64,000 bases of DNA, taken from an uncultured virus (IMG/VR IMGVR_UViG_3300043085_000044). Taxonomy: Duplodnaviria > Heunggongvirae > Uroviricota > Caudoviricetes > Crassvirales. The position numbers were made by a program, and so were the translations under genes. The DNA lies in the IMG/VR virus record IMGVR_UViG_3300043085_000044; one strand, 5' to 3'. Below the pieces are notes generated by a model that saw nothing but the letters and a program-made list of their open reading frames with translations, was not told where the DNA came from and searched no databases. This document shows, in pieces, positions 38,596-48,300 of this stretch. Each line of letters starts with the position of its first letter. Within the stretch, counting starts at the first letter, position 1.

Positions 38596-39483
38596 GAATT
38601 AGCTGCTTGATATTCAAGCATTGCGCCTCACCTATAAGAAATTATAGGAACAAATAATCGGGCAAAATCGGTGAAGTCCTTCAAAATTAATTTGGATAAT
38701 ACCGAGATAATTAGTAACTTTAAGAAGTTATTAACATTGTAACGAGTAGAGATTGAATTTTATGGATAAAGGAATTATTTACAAAATAACAAATCATGAA
38801 ACAGGTATGGTTTACATAGGTAAAACAATACAAAATCTTCAAGAAAGAATAAGGAGTCATTTTTCAAAATGGAGCACCTGTACTAAATTGAAGAATGCCA
38901 TAGAGGAATATGGTGAAGAATGTTTCAGTGTTGATGTTTTAGAAAAGGATATCCCTTATCCCAATCTTGATGCAAGAGAAGTTTATTATATCTCTTTATA
39001 TGATTCTGTATCAAATGGATACAACACAAAAGAAGGCAATAAGAAGAAAACTAACAATAGAGATTTTCATAGAATAAGCCAAGTTGTTAGAAATAGAGTT
39101 TCCGAAGATTACCTAAATGGCATTAGTCCTTTGAATATAGCAGAACATTTTAAGATAAGTCTTACAGTGGTATACAATATTTTAGCTGAAGATGGCATAA
39201 AGAAAAGATATAATAAAGGTGGATTTAATAGCAAAGCTAAAATAAAAATAGATGAATTAATTAGGCTCAAAGCTGATGGGTACTCTATTTCTATGTTAGC
39301 AAAGCATTTCAATGTAGACAAATCAAGCATCAAGAGGATGGTCGCAAGACATAAAGATATAATATCTCCAAGAGTGTCCGACATCTTAGCAGGTAAAGCT
39401 GAAGATGAAAATGTACTCTGAACTTACAAGATGACAAATTGTAAGAACCTAAGGATAAAGAGCCTTAGGGATAACATATTTTG
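38596..39483 (+). mobile_element. Group I intron (888 nt) in the major capsid gene
   Basis: 5' exon ends in U and intron ends in G; IGS ATTGC-GCCTC (38620-38629) pairs with both exons; P3 38658-38664/39375-39381; P7 GAGTA 38744-38748/TACTC 39414-39418; P9-type hairpins at 39423-39469. Confidence 0.88.
38762..39421 (+). CDS. Intron-encoded GIY-YIG homing endonuclease with C-terminal HTH domains
   Basis: GIIYKITN...VYIGKT...R...H...E...GYN; two HTH-like segments (IAEHFKISLTVVY, LAKHFNVDKSSI). Confidence 0.88.
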   Translation: MDKGIIYKITNHETGMVYIGKTIQNLQERIRSHFSKWSTCTKLKNAIEEYGEECFSVDVLEKDIPYPNLDAREVYYISLYDSVSNGYNTKEGNKKKTNNRDFHRISQVVRNRVSEDYLNGISPLNIAEHFKISLTVVYNILAEDGIKKRYNKGGFNSKAKIKIDELIRLKADGYSISMLAKHFNVDKSSIKRMVARHKDIISPRVSDILAGKAEDENVL

Positions 39484-39981
39484 GCAATCCAGTTCCATAA
39501 AGCTGTTATGCAGGAAGTAAATGGTTGGACTCAGTTCACTCTTAATGGTGATGCCCTCAAGGTTGTATCACGCACTTCTTCTGAACTTAGTCCTAATGCT
39601 CTTACAGCAGGATTCCAGTTTGTTGAATATATGGCACCTAATGGTGTTCGAGTAAAAGTTGAGGTCGACCCATATTACGATGACCCAATAAGAAATAAAA
39701 TTCAACATCCTGATGGAGGCCCTGCATTCTCATACAGATATGATATTATGGACATTGGTACAATGGACCAACCGAATATCTTCAAGTGTGAGGTTAAGGG
39801 TAAGAGTGAATACCGAGGCTACCAATGGGGGTTGAGAAATCCATTCACTGGTGCTATGGACAATGACCAAATGTCATTTGATGAAGATTCTGCTGTATTC
39901 CACAGAATGGCAACACTCGGTATTTGTGTACTTGACCCAACAAGAACAATGTCTATTATTCCTTCTATTCTCCAGGGATAA
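39484..39981 (+). CDS. Major capsid protein, exon 2 (spliced product 504 aa)
   Basis: In-frame join gives KTGERG|AIQFHKAV; followed by a terminator. Confidence 0.85.
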   Translation, partial: AIQFHKAVMQEVNGWTQFTLNGDALKVVSRTSSELSPNALTAGFQFVEYMAPNGVRVKVEVDPYYDDPIRNKIQHPDGGPAFSYRYDIMDIGTMDQPNIFKCEVKGKSEYRGYQWGLRNPFTGAMDNDQMSFDEDSAVFHRMATLGICVLDPTRTMSIIPSILQG

Positions 39982-39991
39982 TAATTCAAAT

Positions 39992-40026
39992 AAGGGGGAG
40001 TAGGAAACTCCTACTTCCCTTTTTTT
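39992..40026 (+). terminator. Intrinsic terminator after the major capsid gene
   Basis: agggggagtagg / cctacttccct stem plus T run. Confidence 0.8.
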
Positions 40027-40052
40027 ATTTTAATCATTTTAAAAGCCTAAAC

Positions 40053-41042
40053 ATGGAAGATATTAATATTGATGCTATTGATGACTCTCCTGTAGTTACT
40101 ACTGCAACTGAGATTCCAAAGCAGAAAAAGAAAAAGGTTGAACAAACTTTCCAACCTACTCAGGAATACAGAACTCCTATCAACTGCCTGAGAAACAAGA
40201 AAGTTAAAGTTCGCCACATTAACAAACAAACAGGATTGGTTTCTAATCCCAAGCATGTGCTATATGGAGGTATGGCAGAGAATGCAGTCAGAGTATTCAC
40301 TGTACCTATGTCACCCTCAGGCAGGTATGTCAGCATTATGACAGATGAAGAAAGAGAGTGTATTGAATCAGCTCTTAATCTTCCTTTCAATGCTCTCAAC
40401 CCCTATGCCATTGAAAACAACTTCTGGGATGATGATAGGGATGGCAATATTAATCAGGTGAGACTTACCAAGCAAGATGTTATTCTTGACCTCTCAAAGC
40501 CTGAGGATTTCATTAAGTATAAAATCCTACTTGCCAATACAAACCTCATAGCTCCCTCTCTAACAGCTTTACATGATATGCCTAAAGCCAGCTATCAGTT
40601 TGTGATTGTTGATGCAGATGAGGAAACTAATATTGCTAAAAACAATATGTCATCCACTATGCAAGCATACATGGAGTTTGGTAAAATCAATACAGATGTT
40701 GACAAACTTCGCTTTATCATTGAAACTATGGATGGCAGACCTACATCAGCTAATAACAAACTTGAGTTCTTGCAGACTAAGGTTAACGAGCTTATTCAGG
40801 CTAATAGTAAGACCTTTGTATCTGTTATCACTGATAAATACTTTGACTTCAAGTTGCTCCTGAAGAAAGCTGTGGAGGAAAATATTGTATCAAACAGAAG
40901 TGGTTACTACTATCTTAGGGCTGACAACTCAGCATTGTGCGAGAGGAATGAAGAACCTACTATGACTATTGCAGCTAAGTATTTGGCTAATCCAGTACAC
41001 CAGGATGTCCTGTTTGCTATTCAAGCTAAACTTCAAAAATAA
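40053..41042 (+). CDS. Conserved crAss-like virion protein downstream of MCP
   Basis: 329 aa; LDLSKPEDFIKYKILLAN motif; position in the capsid module. Confidence 0.65.
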   Translation: MEDINIDAIDDSPVVTTATEIPKQKKKKVEQTFQPTQEYRTPINCLRNKKVKVRHINKQTGLVSNPKHVLYGGMAENAVRVFTVPMSPSGRYVSIMTDEERECIESALNLPFNALNPYAIENNFWDDDRDGNINQVRLTKQDVILDLSKPEDFIKYKILLANTNLIAPSLTALHDMPKASYQFVIVDADEETNIAKNNMSSTMQAYMEFGKINTDVDKLRFIIETMDGRPTSANNKLEFLQTKVNELIQANSKTFVSVITDKYFDFKLLLKKAVEENIVSNRSGYYYLRADNSALCERNEEPTMTIAAKYLANPVHQDVLFAIQAKLQK

Positions 41043-41048
41043 TAAAAT

Positions 41049-41780
41049 ATGAATCTCCAGGAATTTAGTAATGAATTTGATGTACTGTATAATAACATTA
41101 CCTCAAACCAAGCTCCTGGGTTAAATGAGTACGAGAAATCAGTATTCTTAACCAAGGCTCAGTATCAAATTATCAAACACTATGCTAATCCAAGGTCTAA
41201 CAAGGTTCAGCAGGGTTTAGATGAGAGTCCAAAGAGACAGATTGATTTCTCTACTCTCTATAAAACTGCATTAGGCGCAAGGAATACAAACCCTGTAAGA
41301 CTATCTTTTGACACAAGAAGTCAGGCTTATATGATTCCTGAGGATGTATTTATCATTGTCAATGAGCAATGCCAGGGCAAAAAGATATATACAGTTCTAC
41401 CTATTACTTCCGAGCAGTATGACACTCTGATGCAAAAGCCTTATCCTTATCCTCCTAAGAATATAGTATGGAGATTGCTTACAGAGCAACTTGATTTTGC
41501 TCCTCTTGTAGAGCTTATTGGCGGAGAGGAAAATATGTATTATAAAATCAGGTACATCAAAAGACCTCAGCCTATTATCCTTGAGGACTTGGAAGAAGAT
41601 TACAGCATTGATGGCCAATCGGAAAAATCAGAATGTGAACTCCCAGAGGAAATCCATAATGAGGTTTTACAAAGGGCAGTGGAGTTAGCTTCACTTGCTT
41701 ATAAGGGAGATTTGCAAGCTCAGTTGGCAGCAGGTTCAGTAAGCCAAACTGACATAGGTGTATTATCTCAAGGTAGTTAA
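41049..41780 (+). CDS. Tail ring/tubular protein
   Basis: FSNEFDVL...NEYEKSVFLTKAQ...YIKRPQPI...SECEL; paralog of the next gene. Confidence 0.7.
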   Translation: MNLQEFSNEFDVLYNNITSNQAPGLNEYEKSVFLTKAQYQIIKHYANPRSNKVQQGLDESPKRQIDFSTLYKTALGARNTNPVRLSFDTRSQAYMIPEDVFIIVNEQCQGKKIYTVLPITSEQYDTLMQKPYPYPPKNIVWRLLTEQLDFAPLVELIGGEENMYYKIRYIKRPQPIILEDLEEDYSIDGQSEKSECELPEEIHNEVLQRAVELASLAYKGDLQAQLAAGSVSQTDIGVLSQGS

Positions 41781-41782
41781 TT

Positions 41783-42415
41783 ATGACAGTTAATGAAATC
41801 AGTAATGAGTTTGATGTATTAGCTCAGTCAGCAGCATCATCTCCAGCTAACTGGGGTTACTTCAATGAATATGAGAAGTCAGTATTCCTTACAAAGGCTC
41901 AGGAGCAGATTGTGATTGCAGCCTATACTGGAAACCTCAATGGAACTCCTTATGAGGGCAGCGAGGAATTAAGGCAATACCTCAGGGCTATTACAGTAGA
42001 GGAAACTTTAAGCCTAAAGGATGAAGATGATACAGTGGTTGCATCTTATCCTGATGACCTAATGTTTGTAGTTGAGGAAGATGCTATGGTGGATGGTAAA
42101 AGAGCCATAGTAGTTCCTATTAAACAAGACCACCTGTTCAAGATACTGAATAATCCATTTAGAGGCCCAAATTCGCGAAGATTAATAAAAGAGGATATAG
42201 ATAACCAAATTGTATTACATTACAGCAGAAAGCCTGAGAAATACAATATCAAGTATATCCGTAGGCCTCAACCTATTGTTCTACAAAATATAGGAGATTT
42301 GGAAATTGAGGGTGTGTCAACAGTTTCAGAATGTGAATTAAATGAAATACTGCAAAGGAAAATAATAGACCTTGCAGTACGTCTGGCTCTCCAAAGTAAG
42401 GGAGTTGGACAATAA
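41783..42415 (+). CDS. Tail ring/tubular protein
   Basis: SNEFDVL...NEYEKSVFLTKAQ...YIRRPQPI...SECEL. Confidence 0.7.
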   Translation: MTVNEISNEFDVLAQSAASSPANWGYFNEYEKSVFLTKAQEQIVIAAYTGNLNGTPYEGSEELRQYLRAITVEETLSLKDEDDTVVASYPDDLMFVVEEDAMVDGKRAIVVPIKQDHLFKILNNPFRGPNSRRLIKEDIDNQIVLHYSRKPEKYNIKYIRRPQPIVLQNIGDLEIEGVSTVSECELNEILQRKIIDLAVRLALQSKGVGQ

Positions 42416-42439
42416 TATTAACTTAACCTATTATAAATT

Positions 42440-43393
42440 ATGGCTTGTTTTTCAGTCAACCAAAATCGCCAGCTTTATGTAGTGGATAAAGTGGCAGCTA
42501 AAGCAGTAACTAACGCAGATGCAGTAGGCTCTTGCTCAGCCCACAAAACTTTGGAGAATGAGATATTCTTCAAGTATGTAGGTAAGGGTGGTCTTATTAG
42601 GACTGACCTTGTTCCCAAGAACCATATTATCTCAGCAGTAAGCTCAGCTCCTAAGAACTATCATACTAAGGGTTTCAAGGTGCAGCTCAAAGATGATGTA
42701 AATAGTGGTAAACCTATCAGTGGTCAGGATTACCTATTGCGTATTGCAATCCATAACTTTGTTGGATTCTCTGATGAAGATGAGTACATCAAATGGGGTG
42801 TAGTTCATGCTCACTCTAATATGGATGCTTCTGACTTCTATGTGGAGATGGCTTACTCACTCCTTAGAGACCTCTCTCATGAAGTAATCCCGATGTTCAA
42901 GATTCACCTTACTTCTGGTGAGGCTTACACTGAGGTAACTCTTGACACCAAGAAATCAGCTCTTACAGGAGATTATGATGGTATTGCTATCTATGAAGTA
43001 GAGCAACCTTGGGAACTTGGTACTCGTCAAGTAACTCATGTTAAGTTTGATGTATATGGTGACAGAGTGCTCTTTGATGGTTGTGAGCACAACTGGGCTA
43101 TTGTTCTAAAGGACAGTGGTGCAGCAGAAGAACTCCCCAATGGTAAAGAGATGGCAGACCTTGAATATTTCTGCATGGGTGAAAGAGGAGACCAATACCG
43201 CCAGGTTAATTGGCCCTATACTATGAAAACAGAATATCTCGTAGACCCCAATAAGTCTTATTACTCTGTAGATATTCACTATGCTTTCGTTGATGAAGGT
43301 GTATCAGTACAGAAGTCTGAGAAGACTATGACTTTCTTGACTACTACTAAGTCAGTAGCTGATGCTATCCTCGCAGAATTTAAGAAAGCCTAA
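42440..43393 (+). CDS. Probable auxiliary capsid protein
   Basis: FSVNQNRQLYV and LEYFCMGERGDQYR motifs; gene order as in crAss-like phages; own terminator. Confidence 0.6.
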   Translation: MACFSVNQNRQLYVVDKVAAKAVTNADAVGSCSAHKTLENEIFFKYVGKGGLIRTDLVPKNHIISAVSSAPKNYHTKGFKVQLKDDVNSGKPISGQDYLLRIAIHNFVGFSDEDEYIKWGVVHAHSNMDASDFYVEMAYSLLRDLSHEVIPMFKIHLTSGEAYTEVTLDTKKSALTGDYDGIAIYEVEQPWELGTRQVTHVKFDVYGDRVLFDGCEHNWAIVLKDSGAAEELPNGKEMADLEYFCMGERGDQYRQVNWPYTMKTEYLVDPNKSYYSVDIHYAFVDEGVSVQKSEKTMTFLTTTKSVADAILAEFKKA

Positions 43394-43398
43394 AAATT

Positions 43399-43426
43399 AA
43401 GGGTGGGATTTTCCTGCCCTTTTTTT
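43399..43426 (+). terminator. Intrinsic terminator
   Basis: aagggtggga / tcctgccctt stem plus T run. Confidence 0.7.
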
Positions 43427-43444
43427 ATTATAAAGAATTAGATT

Positions 43445-43490
43445 AGCCTATTGTATAAGTGATTAATTAATAATAACTTTGCAATAGGCT
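43445..43490 (+). promoter_or_regulatory. Bacteroidota-type promoter bracketed by a 9-bp inverted repeat
   Basis: ATTG at 43450-43453, 20-nt spacer, TAACTTTG at 43474-43481; arms AGCCTATTG / CAATAGGCT. Confidence 0.65.
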
Positions 43491-43506
43491 TTTAATTTAT
43501 ATAACT

Positions 43507-44199
43507 ATGACTTATAGAGAATTAATATACATCATCCTTGACCAAATAAAGGCCACAAGTGATGATAGTGCAATAACTGAAGACCATGCTTTATTCCTTG
43601 CAAATAAAGTAAGAGCATTAATATTAAAGCAGCGTTATTCAGATGTAAAGCGGCAAATGCCCCTAAGTAATTACCAGACTATCAATGTTCCATTGGAGTT
43701 TGTTTCCCAACATAAAGGAGAATACTTATCTGAGGGTACAGTTGAAATTCCAACAATAATGACAATTGGTAGAGTATATGTAGGTAAGGGATTGAATACA
43801 TCAATAACATTGGTGCCATTTGAAAGATTCCAATATACAGCTTCTAACAGGTTTGTCAAGTATTTAAAATACGCCACCATAGACCCTAAGCATAGATTCT
43901 ACCTAAAGAGTTATACCGGTATAGCCAATATGGATTCAGTTGAAATTTCAGCTATATTCGAGAATCCTAATGAGGCCTCAGCTTTAGATGGTAGCAATCA
44001 AGACCTCTGGGATAAGGAATATCCCCTTGAAGAATCACTGGTCTCTACTGTTATGGAGTTGGTAGTCAAATACTTAGGCGGAGCAATCTATCAGCCGGAA
44101 GACCCAACTAATAATGCTGATGATGACTTATCTGACATCCAGTCTTTCATTAGGCAGAATATGAAGGATAAATATTTAAAAGATACAAGCTCTGAATAA
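43507..44199 (+). CDS. Tail ring protein
   Basis: 230 aa; SAIFENP and PEDPTNNADDD motifs; gene order. Confidence 0.6.
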   Translation: MTYRELIYIILDQIKATSDDSAITEDHALFLANKVRALILKQRYSDVKRQMPLSNYQTINVPLEFVSQHKGEYLSEGTVEIPTIMTIGRVYVGKGLNTSITLVPFERFQYTASNRFVKYLKYATIDPKHRFYLKSYTGIANMDSVEISAIFENPNEASALDGSNQDLWDKEYPLEESLVSTVMELVVKYLGGAIYQPEDPTNNADDDLSDIQSFIRQNMKDKYLKDTSSE

Positions 44200-44729
44200 T
44201 GGAAGAATTTAGAAGAAGAATACTAAAGCTAAATGAGAATAGAGACCATAAGATTAAAAATTCTATTGGAACTTATGATTTCTATAAGCAAATAAGGAAA
44301 GAGGGGTATCCAGGAATAGGGCAAAGGATTACCGAACATCAATTCTATAGGATTACCAGAACCCTAAATCAATATTTGGCTGACAAATTATCCAGTGGAA
44401 ATCCAGTAAGATTACCTCAAGGACTTGGGCTAATAGAGATTAGGAAGAAGCCAGCAGTAGTTAAATATAAGGATGGAAAGCTGATTAATAATCTATCAGT
44501 TGACTGGGATACAACTTTAAAGTTGTGGGCTGAAAATCCTGGGTGCATGGAGAAAAAGACTCTTGTTAAATTTAATACTCAAGAATTTTTCCTTATAAAC
44601 TACAATAAGTTTAGGTGCAAGTTTAACAATGTTTCTTTCTACAGGTTTCAGCCAAACAGAGATATTAAGTTGAATATCAAGAGATTAGTAAAGAAAGGTT
44701 TAATAGATACATTCCCTTTTTATGAATAA
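44199..44729 (+). CDS. IHF/HU-like protein
   Basis: Basic protein with VRLPQGLGLIEIRK and VDWDTT; position typical of the crAss tail module. Confidence 0.6.
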   Translation: MEEFRRRILKLNENRDHKIKNSIGTYDFYKQIRKEGYPGIGQRITEHQFYRITRTLNQYLADKLSSGNPVRLPQGLGLIEIRKKPAVVKYKDGKLINNLSVDWDTTLKLWAENPGCMEKKTLVKFNTQEFFLINYNKFRCKFNNVSFYRFQPNRDIKLNIKRLVKKGLIDTFPFYE

Positions 44730-45396
44730 TTCATTTGTATCAATAAAGGTGGTTCTTGATAATATCCTCGACCACCCATTACTTCAAGATGTAACTCTTG
44801 AAAGAGCTGTAGTTTATGCAGCAGAGTTTATCAGGCTTCTTGGTGTCCCTGATTGTTATGAGGATAAAATTGACACAATAGAGGTAAAAGACCACATAGG
44901 ATATCTTCCTGAAGATACTGTTGACATTATTCAGGTAAGAGATGCCAAAACTCAAAGAATGTATAATTATACAACTTCAAGTTTTCATGGTAGAGATTCA
45001 GGTGATGATTTCACCTATAAGAGACAAGGTAATGTTATAGTATTATCCACCAAGGAAACTGAGATTGAAGTTGCCTATACTTCTATGGTTCTCGATGAAT
45101 TTGGCTTTCCTATGATTCCTGATGCACCATCAGTAACCAGAGCTTTGGAGTTATACATAAAGAATAAGAGGTTTACAATACTGTTTGACCAAGGAAAAAT
45201 CAATGGACAAGTGTTAGCCAATAATCAATCTGAATATGGTTTTGCAGTCCAACAAGCAAGAAATCACCTGCTCAATCCTACTGTTGATGAATGGGAGTCT
45301 ATAAGTAATAATATGAACTCTATGCTTCCAAGGACTCGTGCTCATGCTACTGGTTACAGGTATTTAAGTAATAAAGAAGTAATTAAAATTCATTAG
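44722..45396 (+). CDS. Tail tubular/ring protein (P22 gp4-like position)
   Basis: DEFGFPMIPD motif; directly precedes the tail stabilisation gene. Confidence 0.65.
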   Translation: MNNSFVSIKVVLDNILDHPLLQDVTLERAVVYAAEFIRLLGVPDCYEDKIDTIEVKDHIGYLPEDTVDIIQVRDAKTQRMYNYTTSSFHGRDSGDDFTYKRQGNVIVLSTKETEIEVAYTSMVLDEFGFPMIPDAPSVTRALELYIKNKRFTILFDQGKINGQVLANNQSEYGFAVQQARNHLLNPTVDEWESISNNMNSMLPRTRAHATGYRYLSNKEVIKIH

Positions 45397-45397
45397 G

Positions 45398-48300
45398 ATG
45401 TTCGGACAAGAAGCTCACGTATTCCAAGGATTAAAGAGAGATGTCTCTCCTATAAGACAGGAGGCTTCTTTTCTTTGGGATGCAGAAAATATCAGGGTTA
45501 CAGATAGAGGAGATGGAACAGCCACCTCTATAACTTCTGAGAAAGGAAATACAAAGATTGACTTACAGGTTGGAGATAAGCTATTAGGTCATTGCCTGGT
45601 AGGAGAATACCTTGTACTCTTTGTGAAAAATACTAATGATGAAATCATAAGAATTGACAGTAAGGGAAATCAAGTAACCCTATATTCTGGAGATTTGAAT
45701 TTTCATGAGGACTATCCTATTGAAACCTTAGGAGTTCATGAAGCTGAGTTAGTTCAAAAGGTTTACTGGGTGGATGGTAGAAACCAGCCAAGGGTCATCA
45801 ATATCACCAAGAGAGAACTCACTGGGAATGATGATTGTTACTCTGGTACAGCTCCTTTTGATTTTGTTTCAACATTAGAACTCGATGAAATAATTGATGT
45901 AGAAAGATTACCATTAGGCGGAACTTTTGCTCCTGGCATAATCCAGTATGCCTTTACATATTACAATAAGTATGGACAGGAATCCAACATCTTCTATATT
46001 ACTCCACAGATTTATATCTCTGATTCTGAGAGAGGTTCTAAGCCAGAAGAAGTATGTGCCAATAGTTTTAATATAACTATGACTGGATTGGATAATTTTG
46101 ATTTTATCAGGATATATGCAATCCATAGAAGCTCATTAGGAGCAGAACCTACTGTAAGATTAGTGACAGACTTATCTATTGATACTGAAGTATCATATAT
46201 TGATAATGGTGTTACAGGTGAATCTGTTGACCCTACTCAGCTTTTGTATATGGGTGGAGAACAGATTATAGCCTCTACTATGGCAGCTAAGGATGGCACT
46301 CTATTCCTCGGAAATATAGAAACTATCAGGCGTTCAATTCCTGAGGATATAAAGGCTCAACTTCTTGAAGATAGTGAATCCCACCTCTCAACTACATTTG
46401 AGTCCATAGAGCTTCCTAAGACTTCAATAGGAACATATTATAGCTACTATCACCAGTTGACCAACCAGAAAATCAGCTACTTCAAAGCAGGAGAACATTA
46501 TAGATTAGGACTTCAATTCCAGCATGAGAGTGGACAGTGGTCAGAGCCAGTGGTTATACATAAAGATTATACTATTCCCACAACAGCTTTCCTTGATTAT
46601 TCTGATGAGGAAGATGAAGAAGATGGTGGCAATGTTGATTTATCTGGAAATCATAAACCCAAATCTGGTAGCACTTCTTATTCCTCGGTTTCTGTTTTAC
46701 CTAATAGGCCCAGCATAGATGGAAATATTCTTACTATTCCGAGGCTTCAATACAAAAGGCACATAAAAGCTGAAATAGGACAGAGACTTAGGAAGTTAGG
46801 ATATAAGAAAGTTAGAACTGTTGTAGTATTTCCTACTAATGAAAGAAAGATTGTAGCTCAGGGTATTTTATGCCCTACGGTGTTTAATTATAAGGACAGA
46901 AAAGACGATAATATTTATGCTCAATCTTCATGGATATTCAGGCCAAGCTATCCTGAGATTGAATATGAAAATGAGTTAGACAAAAGCTCATTAGGTGAAG
47001 CTGCCGCAGAATTCAGGCATTTCCATGCTCTACCAAGAAACTGGTATAGGAATGCAGAAATCCAATGTAATGATGCTATTGCGGACTATATTAATTATAA
47101 AGATAATATAACCTATAACACAATAGAAGGAAAAACTGGTGAAGATGAATTTCTTATTGACCAGAATATTGTGACTTTCCATTCTCCTGATATCCAGTTT
47201 AACACTGAGTTCGCAGCAGGAAGCAGAGATGGGTTAAAACTCAGGATTGTGGGTTCTGTACCTTTTAGCTCATCAATAAGCGATATATCTATATCCACAA
47301 GCACCCCTGCATACAACAGTGAAGCTCTTGGAGTTATAGAAAAACAATATGGAGTTAATACAGCAGTATATCCATCAAGAAATGCTTGCAGGATTATATC
47401 AGGTTCTTACTTCAGAGATGCACTCATAAAGAAGGGTAGTAATAGCAAGCCTGAGCAGCCTAACAATTACACCAACAATAATTACCTTACCTATATGTGG
47501 CACAGGACTGGCTCTCTTAATTCTGACTATAACAGAGGAGATGAGAATGGCTCAAGGTCAGCAGTTCTGAAACACAAGGTAATATCTAATTTGTTGTTTT
47601 CATCTGATACAGAATGGATTAACAATTTCTTTGAATATAATATTTCTACTCCACAATACTGGGGAGATACAACTTCATCTGTGAAAATTGATGGAAAATT
47701 CTACTCTGCAAATGTTGATACAATGATTGCAAGGGAGAGCAGTTATCAGATTAGATTCCTTGATGAAAGTAAGGCTTCTGCTATGGGTAATAAGTATTAT
47801 TCATACAAGAATGATAGTGATTACACAAACTTCACAAGCAATGAACCTATAAGGATGAAGTATCAATCTTGCCCTCATTCAGTATTCAGGCTTGAAAGCA
47901 CAGAGTCAGGAGTAGTAAATATCCTTCCAAGGTACTCAAATACTCCACAAAGCGAAGTAACATCTTATGTAAGCAACTGGAATGATGATGCCACTCAATT
48001 CTATTTCTGTGGAGATACAATTATAGGATTATATCAACCAGGCAATGATTCCACCAAATTAAGCTCTAAGCATAAAGGCTTAGAATTTGATGATGAGTTA
48101 GGAATTGTATATATCTATGAGTTCTCCTCTTATTCCTCAGACCGAACAACAGCAGGAGATGAAGGAGTTATTGCTAAGAAAAGCGAACAGAATGGATATT
48201 ATGGCAGCAGTTTAATAGGTACTACTATAAAATACAATAAGCTGCTTACTGATGGTGGCGGCATAGCTTACATAAGACTAACTGGTAAAGGGCCTAATAA

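Noticed and set aside
37579..39981. Major capsid gene as a pseudogene or stop-codon read-through
   Set aside because: The break is fully explained by a group I intron whose removal restores the frame
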